Shown one piece after another: positions 53,876 to 63,020 of a DNA stretch of 64,000 nt. Both the position numbers and the translations under genes were made by a program. The notes beneath the pieces are model-generated. The model was given only the letters and a program-made list of their open reading frames with translations. It did no database searches and was not told the origin of the DNA. This DNA comes from Alphaproteobacteria bacterium. GTDB taxonomy: Bacteria > Pseudomonadota > Alphaproteobacteria > GCA-2731375. The stretch covers positions 1 through 64,000 of the forward strand of contig CBDDBZ010000036.1 of the NCBI GenBank assembly GCA_965225945.1. The letters run 5' to 3'. How positions within the stretch are numbered: the first letter of the stretch is position 1; every line of letters starts with the position of its first letter.

Positions 53876-53906
53876 AGTTGCGGTGACAGAAATTACGGTG
53901 ACAGTG
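53876..53906 (+). repeat. REP-like end with tandemly duplicated outer part
   Basis: AGTTGCGGTGACAG followed by AATTACGGTGACAGTG (53891-53906). Confidence 0.7.
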
Positions 53907-54064
53907 ATCGAGCCGCCCTTGGAGATGCGGGGCGAGGGCGGGCGCGAGGCCCGCTTCGCCGCCGTGGCGCGCGCCTTCACGCAGGCCTGGAGCCGCACGC
54001 CTTGGCCCATCGCGAGCAGTACCGGTTCTGGCGCGAGGAGATCGATCACGCCGACGAAGTTTGA
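53904..54064 (+). pseudogene. Diverged direct copy of the acyltransferase 3' end (52776-52937)
   Basis: GTGATCGAGCCGCCCTTGGAG...GAGATCGATCACGCCGA shared; contains a 1-nt deletion. Confidence 0.9.
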
Positions 54065-54120
54065 GCGCCGTTCCCCATATTGCCGTGTGCATAAAAACAT
54101 ATAAGCTATGTTTTTTGCAA

Positions 54121-54156
54121 TATGAGTTTGATCATACTTTCATCATACGATATGGT
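54121..54156 (+). promoter_or_regulatory. Putative parDE promoter with operator-like inverted repeats
   Basis: TTGATC (54128)-N17-TATGGT (54151); TATGA..TCATA and CATA-CGA-TATG inverted repeats; AAGGAGGT RBS downstream. Confidence 0.5.
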
Positions 54157-54328
54157 GGCGAGGTAAGGAGGTGTCGCCATGACGATGACCCGCAAGACCA
54201 TCACCATTCCCGAAGCCATGGAAGACTGGGTCAAGGCTCAGATCAGCGACGGGCGCTATGCTAGCGACAGCGAGTATTTCCGTGACTTGATCCTGTATCG
54301 CACCCGGTTCCTTGGACACAAGTTTGTC

Positions 54329-55240
54329 TCATGCGGCGGGCCTGAGTGACATCGCGGTGTGCCACGCCTGACGAGCTTGAGCGGGGCTCAGGTAGCCGTT
54401 CTTCTCCACGATCCACTGGGCATTGTACTGTTCGACGAACCCGCGGACGGCGTTCCGCAGCTCCGCGATGTTGCGGTAGATGCGGCCATGGATGATCTGT
54501 TCCTTGAGCGTGCGATTGAACCTCTCGGCGACGCCGTTGGTCTGGGGCTGTTCGACGAAGGCGTAGGACGGCTGGATGCCCCAGAACTTGATCTGGTTGG
54601 TGAAGTGGTCCGACAGATACTGGGAGCCGTGATCCATCCGCAAGGCCAGCCCCCGCGCCGCACCGGCGGAGGTCGAGGCATACAGCCTCGCAAGCCCCAT
54701 GGAGATCGGCTGAAGGGCGGCGAAGCGGTCGCCTCGCTTGCACACATGCCAGCCGACGCACTCGGCGTTCCAATGCTCGATGGCGGTGAATATCCAGCCC
54801 CAGCCGTCGTCCACCGTGAACACCCGAACGCCGTCCGTGCCCCACATGAGGTTGGGGGCATGGGTGATGATCTCACCGACATGGGGATTTCCGCCACGGC
54901 GGCGGCAGCGATGGGGCGAGAGCAGGTTGTTCTCGCGCATCACCCGGAGCACCCGCTTGCGGGAAACACGGATGCCACGACAGACCCGAAGCCGAGCCCA
55001 GACCTTGCGGTGTCCCTCGCCCTCCCAGGGGGATGCCTCCAGGTCGGCCTCGATGGCCACCAGCAGAGCCTCGTCCGAGATCGAGGGCTTCGGTCCCCGG
55101 CGCTTTGCTGGTGGGCGCTCAGCGGTGGCCTGCTGCCGGGATTTCATGGCGTAGAACGAGGAACGGGCAAAACCCCAGGCCGCACAGACCCGCTGGAGGC
55201 CGTAGGCCAAACCCGTGCCGGGAGAGGTGGCGGCACTCAT
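54329..55240 (-). CDS. DDE (rve) transposase OrfB
   Basis: WGTDG, RMDHGSQY, NGVAERFNRTLKE. Confidence 0.9.
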   Translation of the reverse strand: MSAATSPGTGLAYGLQRVCAAWGFARSSFYAMKSRQQATAERPPAKRRGPKPSISDEALLVAIEADLEASPWEGEGHRKVWARLRVCRGIRVSRKRVLRVMRENNLLSPHRCRRRGGNPHVGEIITHAPNLMWGTDGVRVFTVDDGWGWIFTAIEHWNAECVGWHVCKRGDRFAALQPISMGLARLYASTSAGAARGLALRMDHGSQYLSDHFTNQIKFWGIQPSYAFVEQPQTNGVAERFNRTLKEQIIHGRIYRNIAELRNAVRGFVEQYNAQWIVEKNGYLSPAQARQAWHTAMSLRPAA

Positions 55241-55647
55241 CGCCGCGACCTCCGCCGCCCCAAAGGGCCGGACGTCTCCGTCTTGGCCTCCAGCAGTTCC
55301 ACCTGCATGATCAACTCCCCGATCCGCTTCATGGCGATGTCCAGTTCCGCCTTTACCGGATCGCCCTTGCGTTCCTTGAGCGAGGCATCGATCCCGGCGA
55401 TCGCCTTCTCACGCCACTGCTCGAGCCGGAAAATCTCCACGCCCAACTGCCGCGACAAAAGTTCCACCGGCTCGCCACGCAAAAGCCGCAGGGCAACCTC
55501 ACGCTTGCGCGTCACCGTCCACCGCTGGCCAAGTCCCAGCGGGCCTGCCGGCGAAACCTGGCCCGGGGAAAACGTGGACGAGCCAAGCTCGCCCTCGTTT
55601 ACCACAGGCCCATCAACAGCAACTTTGTTCTCAAAATTGTCGGTCAT
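55237..55647 (-). CDS. IS OrfA (HTH DNA-binding)
   Basis: RKREVALRLLRGEPVELLSRQLGV; AAGGAGG RBS; ATGA overlap with OrfB. Confidence 0.85.
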   Translation of the reverse strand: MTDNFENKVAVDGPVVNEGELGSSTFSPGQVSPAGPLGLGQRWTVTRKREVALRLLRGEPVELLSRQLGVEIFRLEQWREKAIAGIDASLKERKGDPVKAELDIAMKRIGELIMQVELLEAKTETSGPLGRRRSRR

Positions 55648-55856
55648 GTTCCGGTCCTCCTTGGACACTTCGATTAAACCAATTCTGTGTCCAAGGAAAT
55701 CGGGTCCGACTCACCGAGACTTGATCCGACGTGATCAGGAGCGCCGCCAGAACGAAATGAAGCTTCGCCAGCTGCTCGATAATGCCGAGGAGAGTGGTTT
55801 TAGTGACCGTACCGTGCAGGACATTATGGCGGCGGTCGAAGAAAATATGAGGGAAG

Positions 55857-56147
55857 CTGGCCGGGTACCGCCTAACATCTAAAGCCGATGCGGACCTTTC
55901 CGAAATTTAGGAATACTCGATCGAGAAATTTGGCTTGGCGAAGGCGCAAGACTATTTGCTCGGTATCCTTGGAGCATTCGAGATTCTGTCCGACAACCGC
56001 CGCTTGGGGCGGGATATAGGACATATCAAGGAAGGGTATCGCCGTTACGAATATGCGAGCCATTCCATCTATTACTATTTGGCTACCGATGACATTGAGA
56101 TTGCGCGTGTCCTGCACGCAAGCCGCGATCCACTGAGACATATGTAA
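55857..56147 (+). pseudogene. ParE/RelE toxin with in-frame TAG at 55908-55910
   Basis: (L)AGYRLTSKADADLSEI*EYSIEKFGLAKAQDY..GYRRYEYASHSIYY..IARVLHASRD; overlaps parD end; apparent start codon is CTG. Confidence 0.85.
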
Positions 56148-56150
56148 CCG

Positions 56151-56249
56151 ATTTACGATGACAATACACTTAATCCTGGCAGTTTCACCACGGACTGAGA
56201 CCAAAGCAGAAGACCGCCGATCGAGATTAAGTGCACTGTCACCGTAATT
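56151..56249. repeat. Imperfect inverted-repeat pair of the REP-like family
   Basis: ATTTACGATGACAATACACTTAATC (56151-56175) vs GATTAAGTGCACTGTCACCGTAATT (56225-56249), 21/25 complementary. Confidence 0.8.
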
Positions 56250-56611
56250 GCCACTGGCCCGCCAGGATCGACAGCAGAACCGTGCCGAGCACGTCGCGCT
56301 TCGCGGGCGCGTTGGGGCTCGTCTAATGAAGCGGGCTGTTCGCGACGAGGGCATCGAAGCGTCTGCTCGCCTTCAGGTATTCGGCGAAAAACGCCAGGTG
56401 ACCGAGCGGCGTCACCGCCGCGTCCGGATCCCATTCCACGTGAACCGGACCGGCATAAGTGTCCAAGCTCACCGGCTCCAGGGGAACCTCCCGCTCAACG
56501 CTGGGTAGATCACCCGTCGGGTGCCCCTCGAGAGGCTGTCTCGATTCGGCCATCGCCACATTCTACAAGGACTTCCCAACAGCGCCGACAATCCCAACCG
56601 CCGTTTTTAGG
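56250..56611 (-). mobile_element. Truncated IS1380-like element (left end plus transposase N-terminus with internal TAG)
   Basis: End CCTAAAAACGGCGGTTGG at 56611; VHVEWDPDAAVTPLG..PLH*TSPNAPAKRDVLGTVLLSILAG; family call from memory. Confidence 0.6.
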
Positions 56612-57900
56612 TTGATGATTTCGAGGGTCCCTTTGCCGATCTCCTCAAGTGCGCCTCGCGGTTTCTCCCCCGCGTCGGCGCCGTCGGTGATGATATGACG
56701 CTTGCGCCCGTTGATCAACTTGGCCGCGTCAAGCCCGTGCGGACCGCCGCTTTCCGTGGTTTTCACCGACTGAGAGTCGATCACGCCGGCCGAGGGCGTG
56801 GCCTCGCGGCCGGCCGCCAGACGCTCCGTCATGACCAGGTGATGGTTGATGCGAGCCCATAGACCCTCGTCGCGCCAGCGGTAGAAATACCCCTGAACCG
56901 TCGAGTAGGGCGGGAAGCACTTGGCCAGCATCCGCCACTGGCAACCGGTCTCGGCGATGTAGAGAATTCCCATGGTACACGACGGCATTTACGTAGGACG
57001 TTGAAAAGGTTGTAGGATTCCCGATTCACTCCACGACGAGTCAAGAGGGAAATCATGCGAGACAACCCGATCAACGCCCTGCGTGAGACGCTACGATGCG
57101 GCTTCGCCTTTCGCAAGAGCCGTCTGGAGAGCCTTTGCGTCTTGGTCTTCGGCGTGTTCGTCGCCCGGACGGTGAACCTCTCTCACTTGGCCTGCCATTT
57201 TCCGGGGCGCGCGCGATCCAGCTCCAACTATCGGCGCCTGCAACGGTTTTTCGAGCAAGTCGATTTCGATTACGATCGCCTCGCCGAGTTCCTGGTCGCG
57301 ATGATGGGGCTCCAGGCGGGGCCGTGGCGGCTGACCATGGACCGGACCAACTGGCGGCTGGGTCGCCGCGACGTCAACATCTTGATGATCGGCATCGTCA
57401 ACCGCGCCATCGCCATTCCCGTGTGCTGGCGGGTGCTCGACAAGGCGGGCAATTCCAATACCAAGGAGCGGATCGCGATCCTCGAACACGTCCTCCGGCT
57501 CTTCGGGGTCGACAAGATCGCCAGCCTCCTGGCCGACCGGGAATTCATCGGCGACGCCTGGCTGGCATGGTTGCAGGAAAAGGCCATCCCCTTTCACATC
57601 CGCATCCGATCCAACATCAAGATCGCCAACACGCGTGGTCGCATGGTCAAGGCGAGGGAGCTGTTTCGCGACCTCAAACCCGGGGAAAGCTGCATCCTCT
57701 CCAACGCCAGGCGCCTCTCGGAGGCCAGAAAACCCAAGGCCAGGCCCGTCTTCGTCGCCGCGCTCCATCTCAAGACCGGCGAACTGTTGATCGTCGTGAC
57801 CAACGACGCGCCCGAGGAGGCCTTGGCCATCTACGCCCAGCGCTGGCAAATCGAGACCCTCTTCGCCGCCTTGAAAACCCGTGGCTTCAACCTCGAAGAC

Positions 57901-59316
57901 GGTGAAGTCCTAGACTTGCTGGGAATTTGGTAGGAGGTGCATCCTTCGAGGTGTCGATTCCCACCCGGGCATGGCTGCGCGCCAGCCCAGCACAGGAGGC
58001 ACCTCCATGACGAAGAGACTACCCGGAAGCGAGCGCACGCGTGAAGCCTAGAACGACCTGATCGAAGGGCGCGCCCGCGTGGTCGACGCGAAGAGTGAAT
58101 TGGTGCGGTTGGCGACGCGGTTAATCATCGAGGAAGGCTTGGAGGCCGAGGTGCGCGACGCCCTGGGCCGGGACTATTACGAGCACGGTTCCGAGCCTGG
58201 CCGAGGTTACCGGAACGGTTCGCGCGAAGGTCATCTGAAGACGGCCGAGGGGCGGATCAGGTATGCGGCGCCGCAGGTCGCCGGGACGGACGAACCGTTC
58301 CGTTCGGATCTGCGAGCGCAGCTGAAGGGTCATTCCGAGGGCCTGGAGGATTTAGCCGTGGAGATGCTGGCGCGCGGTCTCTCGGTGCGCGACATCGAAG
58401 ATGCCTTCAGGGAAGAAAGTGGGCGCTTGCTGCTGTCGCGCACGGCGGTCTCGGAGATGGGGGAGCGGCTCTGGGCGGACTACCTCGGCTTCGCCAAGCG
58501 CGACCTTAGCGAGTTCGAGATCGCCTACCTCTTCGTCGACGGCATCGCCGAGCGGCTGCGGGCCGGGCAGAGGCGAGAGCCGGTGCTGGCGGCCTGGGGC
58601 TTCACGCTCGAGGGCAAGAAGGTTCTCCTGCATCTGATGGCGGGCTCGAAGGAGGACAACGAGACCGTCTCCGCGTTCTTCCAGGACATGCGCAGCCGAG
58701 GCCTGGGCGATCCTCTCCTGATCGCCTCCGACGGCGCGCCTGGCATTATCAAGGCGATCGAGATTTGTTTTCCCAGGAGCGCGCGCCAACGCTGCCTCGC
58801 GCACCGGATGAGGAACTTGGCGGCGAAGGTGCCCGAGGATCTCTGGCCGGAGTTCAAGGCCCGCGCCCAAGCGGCCTACCAGGCCCCCTCGCGCGCCATC
58901 GCCCGCGATCTGGCCGAGGGCGTGGTGCGTGACTGGGAGCGCGAGCTGCCCTCGGCGGTGGCCTGTTTCCTGGATGATTTCGAGGCCTGCATCGCGCACC
59001 TGCGCATGCCGGTCAATCACCGCCGGGCGATCCGCACCACCAACCTGCTGGAGAGATTGTTCGGGGAGGAGCGCCGGCGCTTGAAGATCATCCCCAACGC
59101 CTTCGGCGAAAAGGCGGTACTGAAGCTCATGTTCGGTGCCATGAGCCGCGCCGCCGAGCGATGGAAAGCAGTCAAGGTCACCGTCTTCGAGCGGCGCCAG
59201 ATGGACGCCGTCAGGAAGGAACTCGATCAGGAATACCAAGCCCAGCTGGAACTACCAGAACAGGCCTCGACGGAGGCAACCCCGGAGAAAATTCCCAGCA
59301 GAATCCGGACTTGACC
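57901..59316 (+). mobile_element. IS256-family element, 1416 bp
   Basis: IRs GGTGAAGTCCTAGACTTGCTGGGAATTT and GGTCAAGTCCGGATTCTGCTGGGAATTT; perfect 9-bp TSD CTCGAAGAC. Confidence 0.95.
58007..59314 (+). pseudogene. IS256 transposase with premature TAG at 58049-58051
   Basis: AGGAGG plus ATG at 58007 in frame with the long ORF 58079-59314 (YRNG, FVDG, SDG, QRCLAH, TTNLLER). Confidence 0.85.
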
Positions 59317-59805
59317 CTCGAAGACACCCACATGACCGACCCGGAGCGCATCTCCAAGCTCACCGCCGTCCTTTCCATCACCTTCTGCTGGGCGCACAAA
59401 GTCGGCGATTGGCTCCACGAGGCCGAGCCGATCCGCCTCAAAACCCACAAAAGGATGGCAAAATCCATCTTCCGATACGGTTTCGAGTGGATAAGGCGAC
59501 AGCTCGTCAATCCTATCGACAGGCGTCAAGCCATTGAGCTGATTCGTTTCCTCGTCCCCGGAAAACCACCAGTCCAGGTGCCCAGGCCAAAGCCAGCATG
59601 AACGAGTCGTGTACTGTGGAGAATTGCATTCACCACCTCGCGCAAATCCGTCGTTCGGGGATGGCCGAGCCGTTTCGGCGCGGGCAGCAGCGATCCGATC
59701 ACCGCCCACTCCCCGTCCGTCATGTCGCTTGCATACCGGCCACCGTCGCGCGCAGACTTCTTGCGAATGGTCTTGGTCCACATCTTGTGTCTCCCTTGCT
59801 GATTC

Positions 59806-60560
59806 CTTGCCTATCCGGTTATCACCCACACCCACTATATGTAGTGTGTCTCCTTGGACTGCAGGCAAGGGCCGGCGCAGGCGCATTGAGGAGGCGATCC
59901 GGCTAATTCTTGATTGTTCTGAAAACCGAACCGGAGTTTAATTCACGTCACGTACTTAACATCGGGGGACGGAACGGTGGCGACCAAGGGAAAAACGAAG
60001 AAACCCACGGCCAGACGGGAAGCTGCTGATGAAACGACATCGTCTGAGCGATTGACGGCACTAGTCGAAGAAAGCGACGCGCTGGCACGAATCGTTGCGA
60101 AGAACCCGTCCGCGCCTGTTAGTCTCCTGCGCGTTTTGAGTCGCAGCGAAGACGAAGCGACACGCAAGAACGTGATCCTCAATCCGTTTACTTCATATGA
60201 CGTATTGAGCGAACTTGAAAACCAGTTCACAGAGCTATTTGTGAATAATCCGGCACTCGAATCCTACAATTCAATGAAGCTCTGATTTCCTGGAATATTC
60301 CATCGGTGTCGTTCACCTCCGATTTCAGATAAATTTCAATGAAGTGACGGTCCTTTATGCAACGTGGCGTTTTGCCAAATCCGACTCAATGATTAGGATT
60401 TCCACCACGCTAAAGTGTCGCCTAAAAGGCGCTACAATGCCGTCCGAGTCCCTGCTCGGCATCGCCGGAGATATCTCCGCTTCGACCTGCACCGAGCTTT
60501 ACTCAGGAAAATGGGTGCACACTACATATAGTGGGTGTGGGTGATAACCGGATAGGCAAG
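59806..60560 (+). mobile_element. Non-autonomous IS1595-family (ISSod11-like) cassette, 755 bp, with passenger gene
   Basis: Perfect 43-bp TIRs CTTGCCTATCCGGTTATCACCCACACCCACTATATGTAGTGTG; 8-bp TSD GCTGATTC (59798-59805, 60561-60568); no intact transposase. Confidence 0.88.
59977..60285 (+). CDS. Leucine-rich-variant (LRV)/HEAT-like repeat protein, cassette passenger
   Basis: VAKNPSAPVSLLRVLS, NVILNPFTSYDVLSEL, FVNNPAL repeats; GTG start; low GC. Confidence 0.6.
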   Translation: MATKGKTKKPTARREAADETTSSERLTALVEESDALARIVAKNPSAPVSLLRVLSRSEDEATRKNVILNPFTSYDVLSELENQFTELFVNNPALESYNSMKL

Positions 60561-60705
60561 GCTGATTCATCACAACAAGGAAACCACAAGTGACTGATTC
60601 CACTCAACCCTTTTTCAGTCAGGCTCTAAGGCGGAGCAAAACCGATCAGGAGGGCGAGGGGCGAAAGGTCAGGCTTGGAGTGCACCCCCTGGATGACACA
60701 AAGAA

Positions 60706-61573
60706 TCAGGGACAGTTGGTTGTCATTTCCAGCGCCCGCCGGGCGGCGGTCTCTGGGGTGATGATGGTGTTTTCGAACTCCTCTGGTGATAGGTATCGAA
60801 GCGCCGAGTGGAGGCGCGTCTTGTTGTAGACCTCTTTGATGAAGCTGGCGATGTCGCTCTCGGCGTGGGCGATGTCCCGGTAGGGCCTGCCCTCAACCTC
60901 CTCTGTCTTCAAGGTCTTCATGAAGCTCTCCGCCATGGCGTTGTCGTAAGGGCAGGCGATCCGGCTCATCGAGGGCAGGATGCCATGGGCCTCCAGGCGG
61001 GCGATGTAGTCGCCGGAGGCATATTGAACGCCGCGATCGGAGTGATGCACCAGGCCATCGGGGATCACCTCGCGCTCCAGAAGCGCCATATCCAAGGCCG
61101 CCAGCGTCAGGCTCGCCTTCAGATGATCGGCCAAGGCCCAGCCGATGACGCGCCGGCTGTGCGCATCGAGCACGACCGCCAGATAGGCGAAGCCCTCCAG
61201 CAAGCGAACATAGGTGATGTCGGCGACCCAGAGCTGGTTGGGGGCCGTCGTCTCCAACCGGCGCGCCAGGCTGGGATAGATCCGATAGCTATGCTTCGAG
61301 TCCGTGGTCGCCGGCGCGAAGCTCCGTCGACGCAGGCATAGCAGATTGTCCTCGCGCATCAAACGCAGCACCCGCTTGTGGTTGACGCTCCAGCCCTCGC
61401 GCCGCAACAGCGCCCCGATCCGCCGATAGCCGTAATGTTTGTTGTCGATCGCCCAAGCGCTGGAGCTTATCGCGTAACGCCGTTTCCTCAGCCCTCGGCC
61501 TCGATGCCCGCCAATGGCGGTGAAAGCTCGATCGGCTCAGCCCCATCAGATCGCACATCCGTCCCATGCTCAA
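60706..61573 (-). CDS. IS3 OrfB DDE transposase with extra base near 61453
   Basis: WVADITY, HHSDRGVQY, DNAMAESFMKTLK; N-terminal CDLMGLSRSSF in the adjacent frame. Confidence 0.88.
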
Positions 61574-62028
61574 TCCGCCTTGCCGCCGCGACCCGGCCCG
61601 GACGAGGCCGAAGACGCGCTCCCGCCAGAGCGACCGTTCGCTCCGCGGCAGCTCTCCGAGAGCCGCAAGGCTTGCCTGAAAAAATCCGCTTCCAAGGCCT
61701 GCTGGCCGACCTTCCGCTCCAGCTCGGCGATCCGCCGGCGCGCCAGGCTCAGGGCATCCGGCCGGACCGCCGGAACAGCACTTTCGGACCCGGCGCGGAG
61801 GCCTTGCGCCCGCCTCCCTCCGACGACCGTGCTTCCCTTTCTGGGCCGGCCGGGCGGGCGCAAGGCCTCCGCGCCGCCCGCTCGGTAGGCATCGCGCCAC
61901 TCGTAGAGCAGCTTGCGCCGGACCTCGAGCTCGCGTGACAGCGCCGAGACGTTCTCGCCCGACTCCATCCGCGCCAGCGCCGACAGCTTGAAGTCTCGGC
62001 TGAAACGCCGTGCACCTTTTCGTTCCAT
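61570..62028 (-). CDS. IS3 OrfA
   Basis: RRFSRDFKLSAL..LSRELEV..IAELERKVGQQALEADFF. Confidence 0.88.
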   Translation of the reverse strand: MERKGARRFSRDFKLSALARMESGENVSALSRELEVRRKLLYEWRDAYRAGGAEALRPPGRPRKGSTVVGGRRAQGLRAGSESAVPAVRPDALSLARRRIAELERKVGQQALEADFFRQALRLSESCRGANGRSGGSASSASSGPGRGGKAD

Positions 62029-62451
62029 CAGTTCCTCCTCGGAAGAACTGTCACTCATTTCTCTGTGTCAGGACAGGGGTGCGGTCCAGTTTACCATTTT
62101 CTCGATGTTTCGGGGCGATACTTCGAAGCGACGACACAGCCTGGCGTGGTGGGCAACGCGCCTTGTCCCCGAGCCCCACCGCCTGCCCACTCTCGACGGA
62201 TGCTCGGCCTCCGCGCCCCGGCCCGCCGCCGCCAGCAGCGCTCGGCGGTGGGAGGAGGGGAAGGCGGCCGATTTCCCTGGCGAACCCGCCCGCGTCCGGC
62301 CCGCGCCCCGGCCCGCGCGCCCGATCCGCGCGCCGCCCGCGCTGGGCGCCGGGCTGGACAAGCGGGCGGTGCTGGTCCAAATATCGCCCGGCGCCCGCGC
62401 TGGCGCCGGCGATGGCGCCAACCCCGGCGCACCACCAGAGGGGGCGGAACC

Positions 62452-62985
62452 TTGGCACAGCGGCGTATCGGTCTCTATCCGGGGACCTTCGATCCGATCA
62501 CCCTCGGCCATATCGACATCATCCACCGCGCCACCCGGCTGGTCGATCACCTGGTGATCGGGGTCGCGATCAACCGCGACAAGGGGCCGCTGTTCGCGCT
62601 CGAGGATCGCATCGAGATGGTCGAGGCCGAAATTGCCCGGATGGGCGACCTGCACGGCGCCACGCTCGAGGTCCGACCGTTCGAGAACCTGTTGATGCAC
62701 TACGCCGAGGAGGTCGGCGCCGGCATCATCATCCGGGGCCTGCGCGCGGTCTCCGACTTCGACTACGAATTTCAGATGGTCGCCATGAACGACCGCCTGA
62801 ACCCGGAGATCGAGACCGTGTTCCTGATGGCGAGCGATCGCTACCAGTTCATCGCCTCGCGCCTGGTCAAGGAGATCGCGCGGCTCGACGGCAAGATCGA
62901 CCACTTCGTCTCGGCCCCGGTGGCGGCCCGCCTCTACCACGCCTTCGGCAAGGTGGTGGCCGCCGCTGGCGCCGCCGTCGACTGA
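62452..62985 (+). CDS. coaD: Phosphopantetheine adenylyltransferase
   Basis: YPGTFDPITLGHIDII, IRGLRAVSDFDYE; TTG start. Confidence 0.96.
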   Translation: MAQRRIGLYPGTFDPITLGHIDIIHRATRLVDHLVIGVAINRDKGPLFALEDRIEMVEAEIARMGDLHGATLEVRPFENLLMHYAEEVGAGIIIRGLRAVSDFDYEFQMVAMNDRLNPEIETVFLMASDRYQFIASRLVKEIARLDGKIDHFVSAPVAARLYHAFGKVVAAAGAAVD

Positions 62986-63020
62986 CCCCCCCCCCCAACC
63001 CGATGAGAGGCCCGACGAAC

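Larger units (their letters stand above)
54294..55713 (-). mobile_element. IS3/IS481-related insertion sequence, 1420 bp, two ORFs
   Basis: TG..CA ends TGTATCGCACCCGGTTCCTTGGACAC and TGAGTCGGACCCGATTTCCTTGGACAC; flanking 14-bp direct repeat CCG(T/A)GACTTGATCC. Confidence 0.92.
54179..55882 (+). pseudogene. ParD-like ribbon-helix-helix antitoxin interrupted by an IS
   Basis: 54179-54293 plus 55728-55882 rejoin to 89 aa: MTMTRKTITIPEAMEDWVKAQISDGRYASDSEYFRDLIRRDQERR.. Confidence 0.88.
57055..59601 (+). pseudogene. IS4 transposase split by IS256
   Basis: 57055-57900 plus 59326-59601 rejoin in frame (373 aa): DRTNW, ADREF, YAQRWQIE, RGFNLED|THMTD. Confidence 0.9.
56971..59618 (+). mobile_element. 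IS4-family (IS10/ISAba1-like) element interrupted by IS256
   Basis: IRs CATGGTACACGAC and GTCGTGTACTGTG; 9-bp target repeat GAGAATT(C/G)C at 56962-56970 and 59619-59627. Confidence 0.88.
56612..60626 (-). mobile_element. Degenerate IS5-family (IS1031-group) element hosting nested insertions
   Basis: Left end GAGCCTGACTGAAAA at 60626 next to TAA; transposase 5' part 59783-59619 (YASDMTDGEW..DLREVVNAIL) continues at 56961 (YIAETGCQWRML..IDSQSVKT..GRKRHI); internal deletion, right end lost. Confidence 0.85.
60676..62088 (-). mobile_element. IS3-family element, 1413 bp
   Basis: IRs TGGAGTGCACCCCCTGGATGACACA and TGGACCGCACCCCTGTCCTGACACA; orfA/orfB layout; no perfect TSD. Confidence 0.92.

Noticed and set aside
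55908-58051. Three in-frame TAG stops (parE, IS1380-like, IS256) as possible amber recoding
   Set aside because: They appear to replace different residues, and many core genes here end in TAG; ordinary nonsense mutations in decaying genes
60344-60544. 66-aa ORF inside the IS1595-type cassette as a second passenger gene
   Set aside because: Its C-terminal half looks like a transposase remnant and the N-terminal half has no support
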